13,187 nucleotides of DNA, taken from contig CAKSUD010000049.1 in NCBI GenBank assembly GCA_934500865.1, forward strand, positions 1-13,187, in the 5' to 3' direction. This DNA comes from an uncultured Clostridia bacterium (GTDB lineage: Bacteria > Bacillota > Clostridia > TANB77 > RGIG9151). The translations under genes and the position numbers were made by a program. Of this stretch, positions 1 through 7,779 are shown piece after piece. A model generated the notes under the pieces. It saw only the letters and a list, made by a program, of their open reading frames with translations, was not told the DNA's origin and ran no database searches. Each line of letters opens with the position of its first letter. Position 1 is the first letter of the stretch.

Positions 1-213
1 GGTACTCTAACATATACCCAAAATGATGAAGTGGTTGGAATCGTTAATTTGGTTGCAAAAACAGATATTGAAAAAGAGCATTGGTTCTTCGTCTTGTTGA
101 AAGTATTGCTTTATTTAGCTATTTCTGTTATAATTCTAGGTGTACTACTTAGATTATTTAATGACATAAGAAAAATAGCAAAGAAAAGAAAGAAAAATAA
201 AAGTATGAGGTGA
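1..213 (+). CDS. 3' end of a CDS that starts upstream of the window; membrane-anchored protein, possibly the C-terminal tail of a D-alanyl-D-alanine carboxypeptidase (PBP5/DacB-like)
   Basis: Frame 1 is open from base 1 (GTLTYTQNDEVVGIVNLVAKTDIEKEH...), so the GTG at 31 in the ORF track is probably internal. A hydrophobic helix (FFVLLKVLLYLAISVIILGVLL) is followed by a Lys/Arg-rich tail. Stop is TGA at 211-213. The product guess rests only on my recollection of DacB/DacF-type C-termini (beta segment, then anchor). Confidence 0.45.
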   Translation, partial: GTLTYTQNDEVVGIVNLVAKTDIEKEHWFFVLLKVLLYLAISVIILGVLLRLFNDIRKIAKKRKKNKSMR

Positions 214-218
214 TTTTA

Positions 219-749
219 ATGGGTTTTTCAGAGTTCTTGGGTTCTATAGTAAAAGCCTTTACACCACCTGGCATGTCTGATTCTCCAAATTGTGCAAGGT
301 GTATGAATTGTAAGGCTAGGATAAAAGAATTGCCATCGGGAAAGCAAATAAGGATTTTTTGTTGTCCTTATACCGGCGAATATGATAATTTAGAATCAAT
401 TTTACCTTCTGTTAATCCTAGTGACTCTTCTACATATGCTGATTACGTAGAAAAATATAAAGAAAACATTAATTATATTTATGAATCTATGGGAAGTTGT
501 GTAGAACAACCTGGCGGAACTGCTCCACTTAAAAATAATGATTGGCTACCTATTACTAGATATTCTGAATTAAAATATGCCACTCGAAACTTATATAGTT
601 GTGGACATTTTAAGCCTTGTCTTTTCATAGATAATGATGGTTCATATTATATTAAAGATAATGAAATGCTATATAATTCTGATTATCCTGAAGTATATTA
701 TGATAATCTTTCAGAAGATGACCAAAGATTACTAAGAGATTTAGAGTAA
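219..749 (+). CDS. Hypothetical Cys-rich protein (about 176 aa), no family recognised
   Basis: The ORF track gives 210-749 from a GTG. The ATG at 219 sits 6 nt after a GAGGTGA Shine-Dalgarno (206-212) and is the more likely start. It overlaps or abuts the upstream stop, suggesting an operon. It is followed by a strong intrinsic terminator. It contains C-x2-C-x2-C-x16-C-C-P near the N-terminus. Confidence 0.6.
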   Translation: MGFSEFLGSIVKAFTPPGMSDSPNCARCMNCKARIKELPSGKQIRIFCCPYTGEYDNLESILPSVNPSDSSTYADYVEKYKENINYIYESMGSCVEQPGGTAPLKNNDWLPITRYSELKYATRNLYSCGHFKPCLFIDNDGSYYIKDNEMLYNSDYPEVYYDNLSEDDQRLLRDLE

Positions 750-755
750 GCAACA

Positions 756-797
756 AAAAAACCTCAAACGCATATGTATCCCGCGTTTGAGGTTTTT
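756..797. terminator. Bidirectional Rho-independent terminator shared by the convergent hypothetical gene (+) and spo0A (-)
   Basis: Perfect inverted repeat: cctcaaacgc (762-771) pairs with gcgtttgagg (783-792) around an 11-nt loop. It is flanked by an A-run (756-761) and a T-run (793-797), so it reads as hairpin plus U-tract on both strands. Confidence 0.85.
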
Positions 798-798
798 A

Positions 799-1578
799 TT
801 AAACTCTCATTTCTAATCTCATTTTATCTGCAATCATTGCAATAAATTCACTATTGGTTGGCTTACCTTTTCCTAAATTCACAGTATATCCAAAGACATT
901 TTGAAGTGTGTCAAGTCTTCCACGTCCCCATGCTACTTCTATTGCATGGCGAATAGCTCTTTCTACCCTACTTGGTGTTGTATTATACTTTTGGGCAACC
1001 ATAGGGTATAAACTCTTTGTTACACCGCCTAATATATCGCTATTTTCTACCACCATTAAAATTGCACTTCTTAAATATTGGTGACCTTTTATATGAGCCG
1101 GCACCCCGATTTCATGCATTATAGCAGTAACATCCTTTTCAACAGAAACAGTTTTTTCGACTTTTTCAGGATTTACCACTTCTTTTGCCCTTTCTCTTAT
1201 ATTTATTCTCATCAAACTTTTTATTCTATCTGATATTGTTTGCTCATCAAAAGGTTTCAATACAAATAAAGTTGCTCCCATATTCATAGCTTCTCTTATG
1301 GTTTTTTCGTGAGAAATAGATGATGTTACTATGATTTTCGGTTTTTTGCGGAGCCCCATTTTATTTAAAGTACTCATTACAGCTATTCCATCAATATTAG
1401 GTAATATTAAATCTAAAATAAGTATATCCGGTTGTTTTTCTATAACTTTAGTTATAGCTTCATCACCTTTTTTCACAACCTCCTCAACTAAAAATTCATC
1501 TTGTGTTTCTAAATAGTCCTTTAAATTTCTTGCGTCAAAATCATTGTTGTCAGCAATAAGTATTCTTATTTTTTCCAC
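799..1578 (-). CDS. spo0A: Sporulation master regulator Spo0A (receiver domain plus Spo0A-specific DNA-binding domain)
   Basis: Hallmark Spo0A C-terminal motifs are present: [39 protein letters not shown] and [18 protein letters not shown]. The receiver domain has D10, D56 and K108 at the B. subtilis positions. GTG start at 1576-1578 is preceded by GGAGGG with 7-nt spacing. Confidence 0.95.
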   Translation of the reverse strand: MEKIRILIADNNDFDARNLKDYLETQDEFLVEEVVKKGDEAITKVIEKQPDILILDLILPNIDGIAVMSTLNKMGLRKKPKIIVTSSISHEKTIREAMNMGATLFVLKPFDEQTISDRIKSLMRINIRERAKEVVNPEKVEKTVSVEKDVTAIMHEIGVPAHIKGHQYLRSAILMVVENSDILGGVTKSLYPMVAQKYNTTPSRVERAIRHAIEVAWGRGRLDTLQNVFGYTVNLGKGKPTNSEFIAMIADKMRLEMRV

Positions 1579-1657
1579 TACAAATCCCTCCTCGTTTTTT
1601 TGCAGTCAAAACACATTTTTATTATATTGTTTAACCTTGAAAAAAACTTGTGAAATT

Positions 1658-1664
1658 TGTCGAT
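1658..1664. promoter_or_regulatory. Candidate Spo0A (0A) box in the spo0A upstream region
   Basis: TGTCGAT differs from the TGTCGAA 0A-box core at one position and lies about 80 nt upstream of the spo0A start. spo0A autoregulation through 0A boxes is established in Bacillus. A single 7-mer in AT-rich DNA is weak evidence. Confidence 0.2.
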
Positions 1665-1687
1665 AACATAGGTTTTTAGTCGTATTT

Positions 1688-2302
1688 TTACGACAAAAAA
1701 CTTATCAAAATCTTATTGTCTGTAATTTTTATTATGTTTTTTGTAAAATCATCTATATCTCTTTCAGGTATCTGTATAATAATTTCTATTTTTTCACTAA
1801 AATAAACTTCTTTTTTATAATCATTTTTTTCTAATTCAAACAAAACTTTATCTTTTACATTATATTCGCAGGTTATTTTTACTTTTTTTGTACTTATTAT
1901 TTCGTAAATTTGAGCTTCTTCTATTACTTTTTTTGTTACATTCGAATATGCTCTTGTAAGTCCACCTTTACCAAGTAATATTCCTCCGAAATATCTTGTT
2001 ACTATCACCAAAACATTTTCCAAATCTTTATTGCTTATAACGTTATAAACCGGTAAACCTGCTGTTCCTTGTGGTTCTCCATCATCGCTATATTTACTTA
2101 TGTTGCCTTTTAATGTATATGCATAGACATTATGCCTTGCATCCCAGTATTGTTTTTTTATTTGTGTAAGTAATTTGTCAGCTTCTTCTTTTGAAGCAAT
2201 CGGATATATATTAGCAATAAATTTGGATTTTTTCTCTATCAATTCAGTTTGTGTATGTTCTTTTACTGTAAATATAGTAAATTCCTCCTTACTAATTTCC
2301 AT
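1688..2302 (-). CDS. YigZ / IMPACT-family protein (UPF0029 N-terminal domain plus DUF1949-like C-terminal domain)
   Basis: Family motifs are present: HNVYAY, SDDGEPQGTAGLPV and VTRYFGGILLGKGGLTRAY. The ATG at 2300-2302 overlaps the pcrA 3' end by 11 nt, suggesting translational coupling. Confidence 0.88.
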   Translation of the reverse strand: MEISKEEFTIFTVKEHTQTELIEKKSKFIANIYPIASKEEADKLLTQIKKQYWDARHNVYAYTLKGNISKYSDDGEPQGTAGLPVYNVISNKDLENVLVIVTRYFGGILLGKGGLTRAYSNVTKKVIEEAQIYEIISTKKVKITCEYNVKDKVLFELEKNDYKKEVYFSEKIEIIIQIPERDIDDFTKNIIKITDNKILISFLS

Positions 2303-4574
2303 ATACTTCTAATTGTGCAAATTTAGCCATTAGCCGTTTCATACCTGAATTTTCAAACATTATTTCTAACATTAAATCATCATTTTCCGGAGTAACGTTT
2401 GTTATTACACCTGCTCCAAATCTTTTATGCATAACAAATTTTCCTTTTTCAAAAACAGATAAGTCAGCGTGCACCTGCGTTGTAGCACTTTTTGCAACTT
2501 CATTACCATTTCTGTAACTCATTCCGTTATATTTTCCTATTCTGCTTATATAACTACTGTCGATTTTCTTTACAGTAACATTGCTACTTTGTAATGCATA
2601 ATCGTTTGCTTGTTCATATACTGAATCTAACTTTTCATATTTATGATATCCCTCTAGTAATTCCTCTGGAATTTCTTCTAAAAATCTAGACGGTCTGTTA
2701 TATGATGTATTTCCAAATAAAGTTCTCCTTTTTGCACAGGAAATATAAAGTTTTTCTCTTGCTCTTGTTATTCCAACATAACATAATCGTCTTTCTTCTT
2801 CTATTTCTTCATCATTTCCTATTGACCTATATCCTGGAAAAACTCCTTCCTCCATTCCTGGAATAAATACTACTGGAAACTCTAACCCCTTAGCACTATG
2901 TAATGTCATTAAAGTTATATATTCACCGTTTTCATCGCTATTTTCTTCATCTAAGTCTGAAACTAGTGCAATATTCTCTAAAAAGTCTGATAGTGTAGGT
3001 TCTTCTGCTTCCCTTTCATATTCTTCTGCTACTGAAACAAATTCAGCTATGTTTTCTATTCTTGTCTGATTTTCAATCGTTTCTTCTTGCTCTAGAACAC
3101 TGATGTATCCTGTATCCTGTACTATTTTCTTTATTAATTCTGACACTAAAATATTGTTTTGAACATCTATCATAAACTCTTTTATTTTTTCGGCAAATTC
3201 TTTTATTGCATTAGATGCTCTTGATATTTCGGGATATTCTTCTATATTACTGATTACTGACCATACAGATATTTCTCTTTGGTTTGCACAGTTTTGAATA
3301 TTATCTATTGTGGTCTTTCCTATTCCCCTCTTAGGTTCGTTTATTATTCGTTTTAAGCTTATAAAATCCGCAGGGTTATAAATTAACCTTAGGTAGGCAA
3401 TTATGTCCTTAATTTCCTTCCTATCGTAGAATTTTTGACCTCCTACAACTTTATAAGGTAAAGCTTCACTCATTAAATAATCTTCTATTATTCTTGATTG
3501 TGCATTCGTTCTATATAAAACACCAAAATCACTATACTTTCTATCTTCTTTTTCTCTTAATGTCTTTATCTCATTTATGATATTTTTTGCTTCATCTCTT
3601 TCATCTTCTGCTTTATAAAACTGAATTTTCTCTCCGTCACCATTGTTTGTCCACAATCTTTTGCTTTTTCTGCCTTTATTATTTTTTATTACTTCGTTTG
3701 CTGCATTTAGTATATTGCTAGTTGAACGATAGTTTTGCTCCAATTTTATAACTTTTGCTCCGGGAAAGGCTTTTTCAAACTCTAATATGTTTCGCATATC
3801 TGCGCCTCTCCATCCATAAATACTTTGATCATCGTCACCTACTACACATAAATTTCCGTATCCTGATGCTAGTAAACTTACTAATGTAAATTGTGCTGTA
3901 TTAGTGTCTTGGTACTCATCTACTAAAATATATTTAAATTTATTTTGGTAATATGTTAAGACATCGGGATTTTCTAATAATAATTGAGTTGTTTTCATTA
4001 TCAAATCATCAAAATCAAGTGCATTATTAGATAATAGTCTTTTTTGATATAAATTATAAACATTTCCAACTTTAGCTAATCTAAAGTCACTTTGATATTT
4101 CTTTATATATTCTTCACTTGTTACTAGTGTGTTCTTTGCTTTACTTATTTCGCCCATTATAAATTGATAAGATATTTGTTTATCGTCTATATTTAATTCT
4201 TTTTGACATTCCTTTATTAATGTTTTTTGGTCTGATGAATCAAAAATAACAAAATTTTTGTCATATCCTATTTTATCTATATCTCTTCTTAAAATTCTTA
4301 CACAAGATGAATGGAATGTACTTATCCACATATCTTTAGAATCTTCTTCTAATAATTTTTCAACCCTGTCTTTCATTTCTTTTGCCGCTTTATTAGTAAA
4401 TGTTATTGCAAGTATGTTATATGGCTTTACTCCTAAATTTGATATTAAATGTGCTATTCTATATGTTAAAACTCTTGTTTTTCCGGAACCCGCTCCTGCT
4501 ATTACTAAAAGAGGGCCTTCTGTTGTATTTACTGCTTCTTTTTGTTCAGGATTTAAATCATTTATGTCTATCAT
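2292..4574 (-). CDS. pcrA: ATP-dependent DNA helicase PcrA (UvrD/Rep superfamily 1A)
   Basis: SF1 motifs are present: AGAGSGKT (Walker A), ILVDEYQDTN, VGDDDQSIYGWRGA, LEQNYRS, LHSAKGLEFPVVF and YVGITRA. It also has the PcrA-type C-terminal domain (KGKFVMHKRFGAGVI...). The ORF track starts at a TTG (4581-4583) only 1 nt after the AAGGA SD. The ATG at 4572-4574 (MIDINDLNPEQ...) lies 10 nt after it and is preferred. Confidence 0.93.
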   Translation of the reverse strand: MIDINDLNPEQKEAVNTTEGPLLVIAGAGSGKTRVLTYRIAHLISNLGVKPYNILAITFTNKAAKEMKDRVEKLLEEDSKDMWISTFHSSCVRILRRDIDKIGYDKNFVIFDSSDQKTLIKECQKELNIDDKQISYQFIMGEISKAKNTLVTSEEYIKKYQSDFRLAKVGNVYNLYQKRLLSNNALDFDDLIMKTTQLLLENPDVLTYYQNKFKYILVDEYQDTNTAQFTLVSLLASGYGNLCVVGDDDQSIYGWRGADMRNILEFEKAFPGAKVIKLEQNYRSTSNILNAANEVIKNNKGRKSKRLWTNNGDGEKIQFYKAEDERDEAKNIINEIKTLREKEDRKYSDFGVLYRTNAQSRIIEDYLMSEALPYKVVGGQKFYDRKEIKDIIAYLRLIYNPADFISLKRIINEPKRGIGKTTIDNIQNCANQREISVWSVISNIEEYPEISRASNAIKEFAEKIKEFMIDVQNNILVSELIKKIVQDTGYISVLEQEETIENQTRIENIAEFVSVAEEYEREAEEPTLSDFLENIALVSDLDEENSDENGEYITLMTLHSAKGLEFPVVFIPGMEEGVFPGYRSIGNDEEIEEERRLCYVGITRAREKLYISCAKRRTLFGNTSYNRPSRFLEEIPEELLEGYHKYEKLDSVYEQANDYALQSSNVTVKKIDSSYISRIGKYNGMSYRNGNEVAKSATTQVHADLSVFEKGKFVMHKRFGAGVITNVTPENDDLMLEIMFENSGMKRLMAKFAQLEVYGN

Positions 4575-4660
4575 TATTTTCAATTCCTTTCTTTGGTGTA
4601 TCAGTCTTATCTATTCTAACTTATTTATATACTTTACACAAGAAAAATTTAGTTTAAATT

Positions 4661-4836
4661 TTATCAACATTTATCTTGAAAAACAACTTTCTTTCTGATA
4701 TATTGTTTATATTCTTATATTAGAGGACTTCGTCAATATTTATCAACAGCCCTCTAACTTATATAATTACTAATGATAAAGATTTCAAAGCTTGTATTTA
4801 TGCGTTATCAACACTTGTGGATAACTATGTGGATAA
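4661..4836. other. oriC part 1: DnaA-box cluster upstream of dnaA (also the likely dnaA autoregulatory region)
   Basis: There are two perfect boxes on the reverse strand (TGTGGATAA) at 4816-4824 and 4828-4836. There are three one-mismatch boxes (TTATCAACA) at 4661-4669, 4740-4748 and 4805-4813. All lie in the 358-nt pcrA-dnaA intergenic spacer. Confidence 0.8.
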
Positions 4837-4941
4837 CTTGTTATTATTTCAAAATTGCCACAAATTATTCATATTGACTGCTTTGGAGTTTTTTTTATGT
4901 TTTTTTTCAATATCTAAACTGTTTTTGGAAAGGGGTTTACA

Positions 4942-6276
4942 ATGGCAAAGGTTTTAGATTCAGAATGGCAGAAGATTACTGACTGCCTAAAAGGAGAGGT
5001 TACTGAAATTAGCTTTAATACTTGGATTTCTCCAATTGTTCCTCTTTACATAGAAGACAATACTTTATTTTTAGAAGTTCCTACTGATTTTCACAGAACC
5101 AATATACAATCAAGATTTCATGATTTGTTAAAAAATACAATTAAATTCGTAAGAAATGAAGAATTAGATATAAAATATTTAATACCTGAAGAAGCTAAAA
5201 AACAAGAAGAAAAGAAGCTTCCGGGACAAAAGAATTTTGATAAAACTCCTACCGGTTTAAATCCACGTTACATTTTTGAGAACTTCGTTGTGGGGAATAA
5301 TAATAGATTTGCACATGCTGCGTCTTTGGCAGTTGCTGAATCTCCTGCAAAAGCATATAATCCTTTGTTTTTATATGGGGGAGTAGGGCTTGGAAAAACA
5401 CACTTAATGCATGCAATAGGTCATTATATTCTGCAGCAAAATCCTGAACAAAAAATACTTTACATAACATCAGAAAAGTTTACAAATGACTTTATTAATG
5501 CCATAAAAGAGCAGGCAACAGAAGGTAACAATGCTTTTAGAAACAGATATAGAAATGTAGATGTTTTACTTGTTGATGATATTCAATTTATTGCCGGAAA
5601 AGAAGGAACACAAGAAGAGTTTTTCCACACATTTAACGCGCTTTATGAGGCTAATAAACAAATTATTATATCCAGTGATAGACCTCCAAAGGATATTGAG
5701 CCTTTAGAGGATAGACTTCGTTCACGTTTTGAATGGGGACTTACTGCTGATGTACAAGCACCAGATTATGAAACAAGAATTGCAATTTTGAGAAAGAAAG
5801 CTCAACTTGATAATATTGATGTACCTGATGAAATTAATGCATTTATTGCTGAACGTGTTGATTCTAACATAAGAGAATTAGAGGGTGCATTAAATAAAGT
5901 CTTAGCTTTATCTCATCTTAATAACGAACCTCTTTCTATTGATTTAGCTAGAACTGCACTAAAAGATATAACAAATACACCTACAAAAAATATTACAATT
6001 GAACTTATTCAAAAAGTTGTGGCAAAATATTTTAATATAAAAGTAGATGATTTAAAATCTGCAAAAAGAAGTACAGACATTGCTGTTCCGCGCCAAATTG
6101 CAATGTATCTTTGCCGTGATGTCGCAAATTTATCACTACCTAAAATAGGATATGAGTTTGGAAAACGAGACCATTCAACTGTTATACATGCTTGTAACAA
6201 AATTTCTAAAGATGTAGTAGAAAACGAAGATATAAAGAAAAAAGTAGAAGAAATTAAGAAAATTATATTCTTTTAA
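4942..6276 (+). CDS. dnaA: Chromosomal replication initiator protein DnaA
   Basis: AAA+ Walker A (GGVGLGKTHL) and Walker B (VLLVDDIQF) are present. SDRPP and RFEWGL motifs are present. Domain IV carries the signature FGKRDHSTVIHA. SD GAAAGGGG precedes the ATG. The gene is flanked by DnaA boxes. Confidence 0.98.
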   Translation: MAKVLDSEWQKITDCLKGEVTEISFNTWISPIVPLYIEDNTLFLEVPTDFHRTNIQSRFHDLLKNTIKFVRNEELDIKYLIPEEAKKQEEKKLPGQKNFDKTPTGLNPRYIFENFVVGNNNRFAHAASLAVAESPAKAYNPLFLYGGVGLGKTHLMHAIGHYILQQNPEQKILYITSEKFTNDFINAIKEQATEGNNAFRNRYRNVDVLLVDDIQFIAGKEGTQEEFFHTFNALYEANKQIIISSDRPPKDIEPLEDRLRSRFEWGLTADVQAPDYETRIAILRKKAQLDNIDVPDEINAFIAERVDSNIRELEGALNKVLALSHLNNEPLSIDLARTALKDITNTPTKNITIELIQKVVAKYFNIKVDDLKSAKRSTDIAVPRQIAMYLCRDVANLSLPKIGYEFGKRDHSTVIHACNKISKDVVENEDIKKKVEEIKKIIFF

Positions 6277-6524
6277 TTTTCCACAGTTTCCACAATACGA
6301 AAAATAGCATATTAGGCGGTTTTGCACAACTTACAATTAGCATTATTACTGATTTTTTATTTATCCACATATGGCAGTTGATATATTGTAAAAAACATGT
6401 TAAAAACTTTATTTCCACACACAAATTTTATAATGTGGATAAGTTATAACAGTTTATCCTCAGATTATTAACTGCTACGTTTCGTTTATAATTGAAAAAA
6501 ATCAACTTTTCAACATTATCAACA
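6277..6524. other. oriC part 2: DnaA-box cluster in the dnaA-dnaN spacer
   Basis: Perfect boxes: TTATCCACA at 6361-6369 and TGTGGATAA at 6434-6442. One-mismatch boxes: TTTTCCACA 6277-6285, TTATCCTCA 6454-6462 and TTATCAACA 6516-6524. Two-mismatch boxes: GTTTCCACA 6286-6294 and ATTTCCACA 6411-6419. Confidence 0.85.
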
Positions 6525-6527
6525 TGC

Positions 6528-6545
6528 CTATTACTATTATTACTC
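6528..6545. other. Candidate DnaA-trio array (ssDNA initiator-binding element)
   Basis: CTA TTA CTA TTA TTA CTC starts 3 nt after the last DnaA box (6516-6524) and a short GC-containing spacer (tgcc). The complementary strand gives repeated 3'-GAT/AAT-5' trios. This resembles the B. subtilis arrangement of box, GC cluster, trios, then AT-rich tract. Confidence 0.5.
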
Positions 6546-6607
6546 TTTAATATTTTAATAATAATAAAAAAAGAAAATTCCAATTTTGATTAAATATTAA
6601 AAAATGT
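6546..6607. other. Probable DNA unwinding element (DUE) of oriC
   Basis: A 27-nt run of pure A/T (6546-6572, tttaatattttaataataataaaaaaa) is followed by further very AT-rich sequence. It lies directly downstream of the trio array and upstream of the dnaN RBS. Confidence 0.55.
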
Positions 6608-6653
6608 TTATCCTGTATAGGGTTAGATAACATTTAAAAGGAGGTAAAAAATA

Positions 6654-7754
6654 ATGAGATTACTAGTAGAAAAAGAAAGTTTATTAATAGGACTTACAGC
6701 AGCACAAAAAGCAGTAGCAACTAAAACAACTATGCCAATGTTAGAATGCTTTCATTTAATTGTAAAAAATGATATGCTTACTATTTCAGCTACTGACTTA
6801 GATTTAGGAATAGAATACAAACTTAATGTAGAAGTAAAAGAAGAAGGGGAAGTTACAGTAAGTGCCGGTATTTTTTCTGAGATAATAAGAAAGTTACCTG
6901 AAAGTACTGTTGAGTTATCAACAAATGAACAAAATCTTCTTATAATAGAATGTGAAGGTTCTTTATTTAATGTAGTAACCGGAAATAGTGCTGATTTTCC
7001 GGTTTTCCCAGAAGTTAATATTGAACAATCAATTGAAATAAAGCAAAATGTTTTAAAGGAAATGATAAGAAAGACTATATTTGCAGTAGGAATAGATGAA
7101 TCAAGACCTATTTTTACAGGTTGTTTAATAGAGAAGAAAAATGACATATTAAATATGGTTGCATTAGATGGTTTTAGACTTGCTTTGCAAACAAAAGTGT
7201 TGATAAATGAAAATTCAGGTGATTTTAAGGCAATTATTCCAGGAAGAACTTTAACTGAAATATCAAAAATTCTTTTGGATACAGAAGATATTGTAAAAAT
7301 TGGTGTTAATAGAAATCAAGGTATTTTTGAAATGCCTAATTGTATAGCTTTTACAAGAGTATTAGAGGGAGAATTCTTAGATTATAGACAAGCTATTCCT
7401 AAAGAAAAGGAATTACGAGTAATTGTTGATAAAAATACTTTATTAAGTTCTTTAGAAAGAGCAGCTGTTATGTCAAGAGATGAAAAGCAACTTCCTGTTA
7501 AGATAACTATTGCTGATTCACTACTTATTATTCAATGTGCTGTTCAATCTGGTAATGTAAGAGAAGAAGTTGTTGTTGAAAGTGTGGGAAATAATTTAGA
7601 AATAGGCTTTAATCCTAAGTATTTAATTGATGCGGTAAAAGCAGTAGATGACGGAAAAATAATTTTGGATTTTGGTTCTTCAATCTCGCCTTGTGTTATA
7701 AGACCTGAAACTGGGGAAGAATATACATATATGGTTCTTCCTGTTAGAATTTAA
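6654..7754 (+). CDS. dnaN: DNA polymerase III beta subunit (sliding clamp)
   Basis: It is 366 aa with the typical three-domain length. Motifs MVALDGFRLA and GFNPKYLIDAVKA are present. A strong SD (AAAGGAGGT) precedes the ATG. Position is canonical, directly after dnaA/oriC. Confidence 0.97.
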   Translation: MRLLVEKESLLIGLTAAQKAVATKTTMPMLECFHLIVKNDMLTISATDLDLGIEYKLNVEVKEEGEVTVSAGIFSEIIRKLPESTVELSTNEQNLLIIECEGSLFNVVTGNSADFPVFPEVNIEQSIEIKQNVLKEMIRKTIFAVGIDESRPIFTGCLIEKKNDILNMVALDGFRLALQTKVLINENSGDFKAIIPGRTLTEISKILLDTEDIVKIGVNRNQGIFEMPNCIAFTRVLEGEFLDYRQAIPKEKELRVIVDKNTLLSSLERAAVMSRDEKQLPVKITIADSLLIIQCAVQSGNVREEVVVESVGNNLEIGFNPKYLIDAVKAVDDGKIILDFGSSISPCVIRPETGEEYTYMVLPVRI

Positions 7755-7779
7755 AATTAAAAAAGAGGAGTAGTTCTTT

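Noticed and set aside
1331-1516. Short antisense ORFs inside well-supported genes: 1331-1516 (+), 5249-5470 (-), 6009-6200 (-), 6752-7147 (-), 11475-11699 (-) and 12034-12234 (+)
   Set aside because: Each is embedded in spo0A, dnaA, dnaN or hydB, either antisense or out of frame. The host frames carry unmistakable family motifs, and I see nothing supporting the embedded ORFs.
4581-4583. TTG as the pcrA start, and similarly GTG 210, GTG 9452-9454 and ATG 9716-9718 as starts of their ORFs
   Set aside because: In each case the SD is only 0-2 nt from that codon or is absent. A nearby in-frame ATG has 6-10 nt spacing. The longer ORF-track coordinates remain possible alternatives.
4258-4698. + strand ORFs of 146 aa (4258-4698) and 85 aa (4400-4657) at the pcrA 5' end
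   Set aside because: They are antisense to the conserved Walker A region of pcrA. They are leucine/phenylalanine-rich shadow ORFs that run on into the intergenic region without an RBS.
4874-4902. Possible dnaA promoter: TTGACT (4874-4879), a 16-nt spacer, then TATGTT
   Set aside because: The -35 is good but the -10 is poor, and the region is T-rich so alternatives abound. It is not confident enough to list as a feature without 5'-end data.
6916-6924. TTATCAACA DnaA-box variant inside dnaN
   Set aside because: It is a single one-mismatch 9-mer within coding sequence. Chance occurrence is plausible in AT-rich DNA and it is not part of a cluster.
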